Assembly: GCA_038087875.1 (NCBI GenBank)
Contig: JAXLNO010000555.1
Location: 62,001-121,146, forward strand
Origin: Malacoraja senta
Taxonomy: Eukaryota
Direction: 5' to 3'
DNA length: 59,146 nt
Shown here: positions 23,343 to 35,645 of the stretch, piece by piece
How positions within the stretch are numbered: position 1 is the stretch's first letter
Layout of the letters: the number at the start of each line of letters is the position of its first letter
Made by a program: the position numbers and the translations under genes
The notes under the pieces: generated by a model
Database searches by the model: none
What the model was told of the DNA's origin: nothing
What the model saw: only the letters and a program-made list of their open reading frames with translations

Positions 23343-26300
23343 AGAAATGGAATTTCAAGGAGTAGCCATGAGTCAACTGCCAGCCCACCAGCCGTGATTG
23401 AGTGAGCTGGCAGCACACCAGGCTTGAGTGACTGAGCCGCCAGCCCAATAATCCTTTCGGCCCACAATGTCCATACTAGCCCTCTGGAAACCAGTCCCTT
23501 CAGCCCACAACACCCATACTAGCGCTCCAGAGAGCCCCCTCCCCCCTCCCACACTGGCCACCAGAATTGGTGGAGAGGTGGAATATTTCATTGGGTGACC
23601 AGCCCTCCCGTGCGAAGACCTCCGCTACTGCATTGAATAGTGCTTCCATTCTGCATTTGATCATCAACATTTGTATCCCTGTTTTATTGAAGTCACTGCT
23701 CTAATGTTCAAGTTATTCAGTTATTTTCCCAAAGTGACTTAACACAGCTTTTGGTTACAGCTTTCACAAACACAGGCTTATAACACTAACCCCAAACTGA
23801 TTATGCTGAAAGTTTATTCCACATATTGATCAGCTTGTAGTGAAAACCAATTGATATTTCTTAACTTACCAGGGACTTGTTCATTTTGTACATGTGTCCT
23901 TAGTGACCAACAATAGGGGTATTGTGTAAATGGTGAAGAGTTGCTCATCTTCTTCAGATGATATTTGATGATTTAAAAATAGTGATAAACAATGCTGTCA
24001 TTAGAATATAACCAACTCCAAAATCTATATTTGCATATAAAATAAATGTTGCATGTAAGTCAGTTATTCTGTTAAGAATCTAAATACCACGTTGATAGTC
24101 ATCTCCACTGGTGATGAAAGTAAGTTCAACAATCACACAAAAACACGTGCAAAATCAAAAGTTGAATTTACCTAATGCCATTAATTCAGTTTACTTCAAT
24201 AAAAATACCCTGTTTTGCGTGGCCTAGGCCTGGCAGCAAGGAATGATTAAAGGTGACCTCCTCACAAACAAATGACTGGTCTCACTGGCCCAACATCCAT
24301 ATGACTATGTCTGTGACCAGTCACATTCACAGCTCACCGTATTTCTGTGACACCCTAACCCCTAATCATGCCTGCACTGCACCCTTTCCACCTCCTCACA
24401 TGTTCAGCTTGTTTTCTGGTAGAAAGCCTGAAGTTTTACATACTGATCTTAGTTGTTAATTCAAATGCTTAGAAATGTGTTGACAGACAGGTTACTAACC
24501 TCCACATTATTTCTGCAGATTAGCAGCTAGAATATGGAGCAATTACATGGATCCATTTTAAAGTGAAATTGTTCATTAAGTAACTGATTACTTTGCAGTG
24601 CAGATAAAGCAGCGTTTTTTTCACCTTTGGCTCTTTGCAATAGACCTATTCATATCTAAATTGATTGTGTTGGGATCCTCAAGGATCTATTCAAATATTG
24701 TGGCTATTGACATTCTTCAATGCTTCTATTGAGGGCTTTTGCTCTTCCTATTTTGGCTTCAAAGGTGAATTAAAAGCGTATCTTTTAATTTTTTGGATTA
24801 TTTCTGCTGTTTAAGTAGACTGACGATTGTCTGTGTTACATGCAAATCCTGAAAATGCGAACAGTGAAATAGGCTAATTAGAACCTTTATTCATATATTT
24901 TTTTTACAAATTTAGACCAATATATGAGAGAGTGTAATAATGCAAACAATGTTTATTACAAAGCAATAATGATGACTTAGTGATATCAAAATAATTACCC
25001 TTTGTATGAGATGCATAAAAATGAAATTAAGTAGCTTCATGAATTATCAACTAGATACCCACGAGCAAAGATTCTGAAACATATTCAAAAGCTATTAACA
25101 CTGTCGGTACTGGAAGCCAATGCAGATGGTAGCAGTCAAGGTCAAGAAGCAAATTGTAAAATTATACTGCTCACAGCCAAGGTACCATTTTGAAAGAGCT
25201 GCCTCAGGGTTTGGAGTATCCTGGCCCATTCATCTCACAGCAAGCAAGCCTCGTCTCAGCTTAAAGTTGGTCGCAAAAGTTATAAAATGGTCCATTGACC
25301 CCAGTCGTCCAGCTGTGAAACTGAGAGAAGAAATAATAAGACTTGCAAAACAGAAGCCAGGCTGTGGAATTTAGTGATAACGTTTTCTGTGTGGAGATCA
25401 AAGTCTGAAGCAGAAAGTGTGTTGTAATTTTGCACGTAATACAAGTTAAATGGCTCCTCTCTGAAGCTATCTGCAAGCATTTCCAAAGCTGTGGAAGTGT
25501 TAACTTGGATGTGGATATGTGCTGTTTTAGTGTTGAAAAATGCTGCATTAGACAAACCAGAACCTTAGAATGAATATGCCCACAGGTACTGTATTTAAAT
25601 AAACCAAGCTCATTACTTGCTCATTTATGGACTTCAGCAAATGTTTTAATAAACCATTATTTAAATTTGGTTTAAATCAAACATTCTCTCCCGTTATCAG
25701 CTTTGGAAGTTATAATGGCTAACATTTTGGGATTAAATCAGCTGCTTTGTATTAGAATAAAACTGAAGTGTGATTTCTTTAAAGAAATACAGTTGCTCAT
25801 TAAATTGTACATATGGATAAGCAAAATGCATGTGATATTTAACAATAAAGTATAATAAACCTTTGGTGCAGTTATTGTATGAGTGAAGTCAGTGTCATTG
25901 CTTATTTGGGAGAAAGAGCATACAGTGCATAAAATTATTGAAAATGTATAACACTGATAGACTGTTTAACTCATTCTGCCCAGGCCATTGAAGAAGGACC
26001 CATTCAGCTTAATACTGTTGTCCAGCGCAAAGTTAGTAGTCATGTGGGTTGTGGTTCTTCATAAACCAAATAGCGTAGGAGCAGGCCACTCAGCCCCCCA
26101 AGACTGCGTCGACCTTCAATATGCTCATGCCTAATCTGCCTAGGCTGCAATTAATCCTTTGTGCCTGTCCCATCCACAAAACCATTAATCCTTAAATCGT
26201 TCAAAAATGTATCTCCCTCCTCATTAAGTAGCTCCAGTGTCTGGCCTCTACAAATTTCTAGGAAATTTCTTCAAAATTAGAGAATTCCAGAGAATCATCA

Positions 26301-26584
26301 CCCTCAGCAGAAGATCCCATACCTTCCAATTTTAAACAGCTTTTTATTAATCTTGTATGTATGTCCCCTTGTTCAAGATTCTCTCATTAATGAAAATATC
26401 ATGATATCTACACCTTTGCACTCCCTAAGTATTTCAAGAATATGTCTTCTAATTCATCTAAACTCCACAGAATGTTGATCCAATTTGTTTACCCCTTTGT
26501 GATAGGGAAACACTATAATCACATAAATTAGCTCAATGATTCTCTTTTGGACTGCACCTAATGCTAGAATATCCTTTCTTAAGC

Positions 26585-26852
26585 AACACAGTTGTGCAGC
26601 AGTAGAGTTGCTGTCTTACAGCACCAGAGAGCCGGGTTCGATCCTGACTATGGCCGTTGTCTGTATGGAGTTTGTACTTTCTCCCAAAGACCTAAGTGAA
26701 TTTTCTCCAGGAGTTCTGGTTTCCTACCACACACCAAAGATGGACAGTTTTGTAGGTTAATTGGCTTAGTAAAATTGTAAATAGTCCCTAGTGTGTGTAG
26801 GATAATGTTAGTGCTCCGGGACTGCTGGTTGGCGTGGACCGGAGGTCCTGTT
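26585..26852 (+). mobile_element. tRNA-derived V-SINE (HE1-like); its tail resumes at ~27750-27783
   Basis: B-box GGTTCGATCC, V-domain GTCTGTATGGAGTTTGTAC...GGTTTCCTACCACAC, (CTAAA)n tail after the insertion. Confidence 0.85.
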
Positions 26853-26857
26853 TCAAT

Positions 26858-27742
26858 ACAATTCAATCAATGCAATACAATCAGTTTTATTCGTCACTTG
26901 CACGTAAAGTGCAAGTGAAATGAATTTGCCAGCAGCGGTACAATGAAAAAGAACACATAAAACACAATAAAAATTTAACACAAATATCCACCACAGCATT
27001 CATCACTGTGGTGGAAGGCACAAAATTTGGCCAGTCCTCCTCCATTTTCCCCCGTGGTCAGGGACCTCAACCCTCCACAGCCGCCACTGCGGGCATCCAG
27101 ATGAATGAAAGTCCAGGTAAGTCCTGAAACGGTGCCTCCCCCACCGGAGACCGCGGCTTCAGGTTGGTGTAGGCCGCTGGTTGGTGTAGGCCGCAGTCGA
27201 AGATTTAAAGTTCCCGCCGCGCCGCAGCCAGAAGCACCGCCGGCGGTCAAAGCTCCCCTCCAGGGATCCCCGGCGAGGGACCCCACTCTGGTAGAAGTAG
27301 GCCGCGGGCTGGCGGTGGTGGCTTCTTCTTCTCCCGGGTCCCCAACGAGGCATCCCAGGCTGCGGACGCCGCGCCAGCTGGAGCTCCGCAGACCGCAGCT
27401 TCAGGCTGCCGCAGGCCAGCGAAACGCAGCGCTCCCCTCCGGCGAGCCCCGGCGAGGGCTCGCCCGCTCCATGCCGAGAGTCCACGCTGCGCCCGCATCT
27501 GAAGCCACAGGCGCGTCTCCGGGAAAGGCCGCACCGATCCTCGATGTTAGGCCACGGGGGAGGCGACATGTAAAAAGTTGCCTCTCCTTGGAGGAGGCGA
27601 ACAAAGCGGTTTCCCCCTTACCCCCCCACACAAGACACACAAAGAAACATTAAAAACATACATTAAAACATACTAAAAAAACAAAAAAAGTTGATAAAAA
27701 CGGACACGTTGCTGACAGGGCTGCCGGCATGCAGCGCCCCCA
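26858..27742 (-). mobile_element. GC-rich non-autonomous retroposon with a Rex1-like 3' tail
   Basis: Minus-strand tail CACTTGCAC..GTGCAAGTGACGAATAAA plus (ATTG)n. The body shares GGAAACCG...GCCTAACATCGAGGA with 45858-46257. Confidence 0.7.
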
Positions 27743-29419
27743 CAGACATATTCCATGATGTATCTCTAAACTAAACTAAACAACAGGATCAAAATTGTGC
27801 ACAGTACTGCAAGTGTGTCTTCTTCAGTGTCTTGTACAATTATAACCATGCCTCCCTATTTATTAACTTTCAACCCTCTTGCATTAAAAACCAATATGTC
27901 ATTTGCCTTCCCAACTCCTTACTGCACTTGTCTGCCAGCTTTTTGTGATTTGTGCATGATTAGGTCATTCTGTACTTCACTCATCTGCAATCTTTCTCCA
28001 TTTAGTTAATAGTGTATCTTTAGTTTCCTCTCACCTATGGCGAGGTCCTCACACTGTCCCACATTAAACTTAATTTGTCAAGTTGCCCCCCATTCATTCT
28101 ATCCTTTGTATCCTGTTGATGAGTGCTAATATCTTCAGTGCAACATGCCCTCACACCTATTTTCATATCAAGGATACATTTTGATATCATACTTTACCAT
28201 CTCACCAGGTCATTAATACCAATTATAAATAGTTGAGGGCCAAGAACTGGTTGTTGGGACATTTCAGTAGTTAAAAAATAAATTTCTTAAGACTCTATCT
28301 TCTATGTAATAACCAATCTTCAATTCATGCTGACTCAGTTCCTGCAGTATCATGGTACGTATCCATTAATGTTTAAATATATTGCAGCATCTATCTTTTC
28401 CATGCTTTCAGTCATTGAGATCCATACTCCTCTGGGTAAAACATGTGTTTCTCATGGACCCTCTAATTTTTTTACCAGTTACTTCAAATTTGATTGTGAT
28501 CTTCAAAGGCCCTGTTTACTCCATTCATGCCCTTTGTCATCTTAGATGCCTCAATAAGATGCATTGAATAACTATGTTGGTATATTCAAGGCTTTGGTTA
28601 ATAAAGTTTTACATCACCTATGCCTCATCCACCACTTTAAGGACCAGTGGACATTTATTTCAATGTTCCTCTGTACCTCTGCACCACTCAACATATTCAT
28701 GTTTATTGTGTATATGTTTTCCCTCTTACATCTTCCCCAAAGCAAGATCTCTAAAGTTTCTGGATTATATTTGATTTGTCACTTTATCTCCTGCTGACCA
28801 TCTATTTATTTATTTAATCACAATGAGTTTCTTTCTTCCCCATGCCAAACAATGGCTCAAATATTGTATTATGTTACAAACCTCTTCATTGCTCTCGCTG
28901 TAAAGAAGTCCAATTCATTAATATACATCCCAAAACAATAGACTGATTATTAAGCCCAGTGGTATCCAATGGTAATAGTCTTCCAATAACAAATGCACCC
29001 ATATCCCGATTATATTTTATCACTTCCTCCGAGCAAGTGTTTGATTTAATTTTAGATCACTGCACAAGCCCATTGGCCTCTGTGAAATGGCAGATTGCAT
29101 ACATGGAAATACTGGCATCAGTTTCATCCCACTGCCTAATGATTCTTTCCGCATACGCTGACTTACCTGTTAAGTGTTTCCAGCATTTCCTACTTTTAGT
29201 TCAAATATTCAGCCTTTTGTTTTACTTTTCTTTCAGCTAAAGATGAATGGACAATGGGAAACTTTGCAAACAGTTCTTTCTCTGGGATTTCTTTCCATGT
29301 CATGAATTAGCATAAAAAGCATCAAGATGAAGAAAATTTTCAGGATTAAATATATAAGCCAATCTTCATCTTTCCCTTGTGTAGGAAGGAACTGCAGATG
29401 CTGGTTTTAACCAAAGGTA

Positions 29420-29590
29420 GACACAAAATTCTGAAGTTACTCAGCGGGACATGCAGCATCCTTGGCGAGAAGGAATGAGTGACGTTTCGGGTCGAGTCTG
29501 AAGAAGGGTCTCGATCCAAAAGGTCACCCATTCCTTCTCTCCAGATTTGCTGCCTGTCCCTCTGAGTTACTTCAGCATTTTATGCCTCTT
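29420..29590. mobile_element. Inverted Penelope-like terminal repeat with degenerate hammerhead ribozyme
   Basis: Arms 29421-29495 and 29510-29587 are reverse complements; core CTGAAGAAGGGTCTCGATCCAAAAGGTC. Confidence 0.7.
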
Positions 29591-30039
29591 TTCCTTTCTT
29601 TCTAATATGTGAATTTTGTGCACTTTAAAATAGATGAGAGACAAAAAAGGAAAAGATTAATTTGCCTCAAAGGCAACCCCCTCCAAAGATTGGTTCAAAC
29701 ACTACATTAAACAACTTCTTCCTGAACTTATCTTTTAACTAGACTAAGTGGGACCCGTTGGGTCCCATGTTCACACAGGAGGGCTGGTCCCCCAACGCAA
29801 TATTCCACTTCTCCACCAATTCCAATATTGGTGGCCAGTGGGGGGGGGGGGGGCTTTCTGGAGAGCTAGTATGGGTGTTGTGGGCTGAAGGGACTGGTTT
29901 CCAGAGAGCTAGTATGGACATTGTGGGCCAAATGGATTCTTGGGGTGGCAGCTCAGTCACTCAAGCCTGATGTGCTGGCAGCTCACTCACGGCTGGTGGG
30001 CTGGCTGTAGACTCACGGCTATTCCTTGAAATTCCATTT

Positions 30040-30530
30040 CCAGCAGGGTGCAAGGCCACCAAATTCAAATGCAGTTTCCTACCATTTCAAGCAGGGTGCA
30101 AGGCCACAAAATTCAAGTGCAGTTTTATACCACTTCAAGCAGGGTACAAGGCCAACAAATTCAGGTGCAGTTTCCTACCACTTCAAGCAGGGTGCAATGC
30201 CTCTGAATTCAAGTGCAGTTTCCTACCACTTCAAGCAGGGTGCAAGGCCACCAAATTCAAGTGCAGTTTCATACCACTTCAAGCAGAGTGCAAGGCCACC
30301 AAATTCAAGTGTAGTTTCATACCACTTCAAGCAGGGTGCAGGGCCACTAAATTCATTTGCAGTTTCATACCACTTTAAGCAGGGTGCAAGGCCACCAAAT
30401 TCAATTGCAGTTCCATACCATTTTAAGCAGGGTGCAAGGCCACCAAATTCAAATGCAATTTCATACAATTTCATGCAGGGTGCAAGGCCACCACATTCAA
30501 ATGCAATTTCATACCATTTCAAGCAGGGTG
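30040..30530 (-). repeat. 48-bp repeat, ~10 units, inside Helitron copy 2
   Basis: Reverse complement of the 48-bp unit at 22905-23342. Confidence 0.92.
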
Positions 30531-30943
30531 AAACCACCATAACCCCCCCCCAAAATAAACACATAAACACCACATAAACACCACACTCACAGTTCAGTAG
30601 ACATTCAGTGTGTTCAGTTGATTCACAGCTCAGACAGTCATGACCTCTCCCTCCCCCATCTTGCAGAGACTGAGCCACACCCACACTTCTGGGTTTTATA
30701 ATCTCTCCCCCTTCCCACTGGAAGGGGCGTGGTCTTCATGGCGTGATTGACAGGAGAGAGATTCTCAACATTTTTTAAACACTAATAACACTTATTTTTC
30801 ATTGATGGGAAGAATCCTGTGCACCTGATGAGCGGCGGGGACTGAGTAAGATGGCCAAAAATCACAGCCGTAAGTGGTAGCGTTTTATGTAAAATCAATA
30901 TACAGTGCAAACAGGGAGTTGTCAAGTTTAGACTTTTAATCGT

Positions 30944-31072
30944 GCTTTAGTTCAAACATCAACCACCACCAACCATTTGCTGTGCTTTGGTTCAAGCCTC
31001 AACCACCACCAACCATTTGCTGTGGTTTAGTTCAAGCCTCAACTGCCACCAACCATCCACTGTGCTTTAGTT
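30944..31072. repeat. 40-bp repeat x~3 inside Helitron copy 2
   Basis: Unit GCTTTGGTTCAAGCCTCAACCACCACCAACCATTTGCTGT. Confidence 0.8.
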
Positions 31073-32034
31073 TAAATTAATCACATTTTCATTTTCAAAC
31101 CATATTAAGGGCACTCAAGGTTAGTAAAACCACACTCACAGTTTAGTGGACAAGTGTTTAGTGTTATTCACAGTTCAGACTGAGAGACGTGACCCTTTCG
31201 CTTCCCCCATCTTGCAGAGACTGACTGTGGCACTCAACACTTCCGGGTTTTATTGTCTCTCCGGGAGGGGCTTGACCTACAGGAGAGAGAATCTCAACAT
31301 TTTTTAAACACAAATAACTCCTTTATTTTTCATCGATGGGAAAAATCCTCTTGTCCTGCACAGTGGAGGGGGAATCTAAGTAAGATGGCCAAAAATCAGA
31401 GCCGTAATTTTTTCTAAAATCAATATACATAACACAGGAAGTGGTCAAGATCAGACTTTAAGTAATATAAGATATTACTTCACCATTTGTTTTATCCTAG
31501 CCTCCAAAGGCCATATTCTTTGGAAGTAATATCTGTGACTATAACTTAATATTTATTTACCAAAGATAAATTCCAATTTCATTATGATTTTTCGCATCTT
31601 AGTGCCTGTGATACATTCACTGCCATCACAGTTCATATTTCATTACCAGGACTTTCTTCCATAGTTGTATGCATTTTCCCACAAAAACGAATACTTACAT
31701 ATAGGGAGGTAATTGTACATGTAGTTCGTAAGCTCCACGTGTGGGACTTCCCCAAGGAATTCAGGTGATATCACAACCACAGAAATGAATTGCAAGCAGT
31801 TCATAAATACAGACTGATAGTGGAGATGTGTTCAAACCTTGAAATATATTCCAACTTGTGACATTTTTTATAAATATGTACAGTTCCAGATTGCAGAATC
31901 AGTGTTACTTAGCTTTGACAATATTTTTTGCTTGGAGGAGGAATCATGGAGGCTAGCCAGAGAAATCCTGCATCATGTAATCAAATTATTTAACTGGAAT
32001 GCCGTTATCTATTTATCTGCATGTACAAAGAAAT

Positions 32035-32488
32035 AGCCGCTAGAGGACTCTCCCGACGCCGGGGCAACATCACCCGGCGAGAACGACCAGGAACATCGGG
32101 CCTCCGTAGAGGCAATAGCGGAGGCCTTATTTGGCGTGACTTTTGGGTGAACTGGGGTTGGGGACTGGACATTGTGCCTTCCCCCACAGTGGTAATCATT
32201 GTGGGGGGATGATTTTTGTGTGTTGTGTCAATGTTAGTCTGTGTTCAAGATGGCGGTCGGAGGGGAGAGTGGACGCTGCCGCGGCTTAGCTGCCGCTGCT
32301 CTCTCCTCAAATTGTGTTTCTGATTTTCTTTTTTGTGTCTTTGGAAAGAATTCTGTCCTTAATTTGTGTAATGGTCTTTATAATTTATTTTATTCTGATT
32401 ATATGTTTCCTATTTGTTAATCTCTGTAAGGTGTCCTTGAGACCTCGGTATAAGGCGCCCGTAAATAAAAGCCATTATTATTATTATA
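32035..32488 (+). mobile_element. GC-rich non-autonomous retroposon fragment with an L2-like 3' tail
   Basis: TGTAAGGTGTCCTTGAG...AAGGCGCCCGTAAATAAAA(TAT)n resembles the L2 tail at 34933-34998. Confidence 0.6.
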
Positions 32489-32494
32489 TTGAAA

Positions 32495-34998
32495 AGCAAT
32501 GCTCGGTAATCCTTGAAAATACTTATACGTCACTTTTCCCACTCATGACAAAGGTCACATCCTTGACCTGGTCTGCTCCACAAATCAACCGGTACTCGAC
32601 CTCCATCCATGCCTCTTCCCCCTCTCTGATCATAAGCTCATACGGTTCACCATCCCTTCTCCGATACCTCTCCCCCGCTTCCTCCGAGTAATCACCTTCC
32701 GTAATCTAAAATCCATCGACCCTCACCATCTCTCTGACCTGCTCTCCACCACTCTCCCCCTGGACTCAACCCACATCTCACCTGATGATATCACAAACCA
32801 TCTCAATTCCACCTTGTCTACCTCCCTTAACACTCTGGCTCCCCTCAAAACAAGAACCGTAACTTTTAATAAATCTTCACCCTGGTACACACCTGCACTT
32901 CGTCGGTTGAAACAGATTGGTCGCCGACTTGAACGACTCATAAAGAAATCACCTCTCACAGTCCACCATGAAGCTTACAAACTCAACCTCACTGCCTACA
33001 AAGATGCCCTCACTGCCGTTAAATCTGCATACCTCCTCCATATTCACTGACCCCTGCCTAAACCACAGAACCCTCTTCTCCACAGTCTGCAACCTCCTCA
33101 AGCCTCGAGCCAACACTCTCCCTACCTCCACTCCAGATCTCTGCAACTCATTTCTCCACTTTTTTGCTGATAAAATCAGCATCATCTATCAATCCCTATC
33201 CCCTGTATCCGACTCCCCAGCATCTACTCCACCACCTACCAAGGCCCCTCCTTTCAACATCTCCGCTGATCTCCATAACCCTCCCCCTCACTGCTTCCTC
33301 TCCCAGTTTGACCCGGTCACCCCTACTGAAATCTCCAAATTCATCAGCTCTTCCAAACCCACTACCTGCTCCCTTGACCCTCTCCCCACTCCCCTGCTGA
33401 AGTCCTGCCTCCCTGCTCTCTGCCCCTACCTCACTAATCTTTTCAACTCCTCATTGTCCCAAGGAATTGTCCCCTCTGCTTTCAAAACTGCTGCTGTCAC
33501 ACCAATCTTAAAGAAACCTGGTCTTGATCCCTCCTCTCTCATTAACTACTGCCCTATCTCAAACCTCCCCTTTCTTTCAAAAACCCTGGAGCGTATCGTC
33601 GCGTCACAACTTCATTCCCACCTCCTCGCATATAACCTATTCGAACCCCTCCAATCTGGCTTTCGCCCCCTCCATAGCACAGAAACTGCTCTCCTCAAAG
33701 TCCTCAATGACCTCCTTACCTCTGCTGACACTGGCTCCCTCAATATCCTCATCCTCCTCGACCTGAGTGCAGCCTTCGATACCGTCAACCACAACATCCT
33801 GCTCACCAGACTTAGGGACCTTGGCATTGAAGGTTCTGCACTCAGCTGGCTCCGTTCCTACCTTTCCAACCAATCCCACTTCATCTCTCTCCATAACCAC
33901 ACCTCTGCCATAGCCACTGTCACTCAAGGCGTTCCCCAAGGCTCCGTTCTTGGTCCCCTCCTCTTCATCATCTACATCCTCCCCCTTGGTCATATACTCC
34001 GTCACTTCAACCTGGACTTCCACTGCTATGCTGATGACACCCAGATCTATCTCAGCACCAAGTCCCCCCACCACCCCCCTCTCTCCCATATCAACTCCTG
34101 CCTATCAGCCATCAAATCTTGGATGCAACTCAACTTCTTTAAATTAAACAGTAGCAAAACAGAATTTCTCCTCATTGGCTCCAAATCAACACTCACTAAA
34201 ATTAACAATCCCACTCTTACTATTGACGGCACCACTGTCTCCCCATCTCCTCAGGCCGGCAACCTTGGCGTGATCTTTGATTCAACCCTCTCCCTTGAGC
34301 CTCACATCCGCCATGTTGTCAAAACATCATGTTTTCACCTCCGCAACATTGCAAAAATCAGATCCTCTCTCACACCCCCCGCTGCTGAAAGACTCATCCA
34401 TGCCTTCATCTCTTCCCGACTGGACTACTGTAACTCTCTTCTTTTCGGAATCAATTCCAGCAGCATCAACCGACCCCAACTGGTTCAAAATGCAGCCGCT
34501 CGACTCATTACCCACACCAAATCCTGGCGCCACATCACTCCAGTTCTCAAAGAACTTCACTGGCTTCCCATTTCCCACCGGATCACCTACAAAATCCTGG
34601 TCCTCACCTACAAAGCCCTCAACAACCTGGCCCCCCCTTATCTCATTGACCTCCTCTCCCCCTACCAACCCTCACGGTCCCTCAGATCCACATCAGCTGG
34701 TCTCCTCTCCACTCCGAAAGCAAACCTCTGCACTTTTGGAGGCAGAGCCTTCTCCAGGGCAGCTCCCAGGCTCTGGAATTCCCTCCCACAACCGGTCCGA
34801 AATTCTGAGTCCCTCACCATCTTCCAGTCTCGCCTCAAGACCCATCTCTTCACCTCTGCATACCCTTAGTCCCATGTTCCCCTCCCCTTTGTCTTACTGC
34901 TCTATTTTGTTTTGTTTATTCCTGACTCTCAATGTAAAGCGACTTTGAGTCCTGAAAAGCGCTATATAAATAAAATCTATTATTATTATTATTATTAT
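32495..34998 (+). mobile_element. L2-clade LINE, 5'-truncated, frameshifted near 33045; RT ORF 32968-34869
   Basis: Endonuclease remnant PTHDKGHILDLV/SDH; RT motifs [41 protein letters not shown]; (TAT)n tail. Confidence 0.95.
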
Positions 34999-35645
34999 AT
35001 TATATTAGCAGTGGCAAAAAGAGATATGAAGATAAGCAAGATTGATTTTACTACCTTAGCAATCATGTACCTAATGCTAGGGACAATTTCATTCCTATCA
35101 CAGATGGAAGCCATTTGACCCATCAACATAAGACCTGTTCTTTATTATAACTTGAGCCTTATCTCACTGCCCTGCATTTAACCACTCAGCCTCTAATCCA
35201 ATGTTATCATAAAAATGCCTTGTTTCTATCTCCATGTGCCATAACATCTCATGTTATAGCAACCTTCAGCATAAGCAAATGTCCCTAACCTCCTGGTTCA
35301 TAATGATTTGAGATAAATCCCAGCTATCAATCTTCAGGCATTACTGAAGATGACATGGAATTAATGGTTAAACAGCTGGATGTACCATTCGGTCTATGCA
35401 AAGATTCTTTAATCTGATCTCAGAGCAAACAGACAGTGAAAACAATGTGCATTTGTGTAGTATGCTGCATTGTGCTGACATAGCAGGCATATCACAGCAG
35501 TATTATAAAACAAAATATGACTGCCAGACATTACAAGATATTAGTTAGGTCAATTCGCCCAAGTGCGTGATTGTAATAATAGTTTTAAAAGTTAGAGAAA
35601 GAGGAAGAAATGATTTGGGGGTAAATTCCAGAGCTCAGCGCTTTA

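Larger units (their letters stand above)
12753..23616 (+). mobile_element. Non-autonomous Helitron copy 1, inflated by satellite arrays; 3' hairpin/CTAG missing
   Basis: Starts A|TCTATATTACTAAAAGTC. The 5' ~400 bp and the 3' subterminal region (23345-23616) are homologous to the complete element at 29739-31472. Confidence 0.85.
26070..28330 (-). mobile_element. Old degraded CR1 LINE hosting a SINE and a GC-rich retroposon
   Basis: CR1 3'UTR remnant (AGGAGCAGGCCACTCAGCCC) and decayed RT-like sequence at 27790-28260. Confidence 0.55.
29739..31472 (-). mobile_element. Complete non-autonomous Helitron copy 2 (1734 bp)
   Basis: On the minus strand it reads A|TCTTATATTAC... to TGGGACCC-aac-GGGTCCCA hairpin, CTTAGTCTAG|T. 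It is inserted in an AT dinucleotide with no TSD. Confidence 0.92.

Noticed and set aside
13472..23344. Dozens of long overlapping ORFs (e.g. 426 aa, 440 aa) rich in W/K/M/E or F/H/P
   Set aside because: They are translations of the stop-poor 29-bp and 48-bp units in all frames on both strands, with no protein-level signal.
26585..26660. tRNA gene
   Set aside because: The B-box-containing head continues into a V-SINE body and tail, and no complete cloverleaf is present.
26975..27653. CpG-island promoter or GC-rich ORFs (also 35585-36282 and 58317-59038)
   Set aside because: These coincide with interspersed repeats that have tails or TIRs and related copies in the same window.
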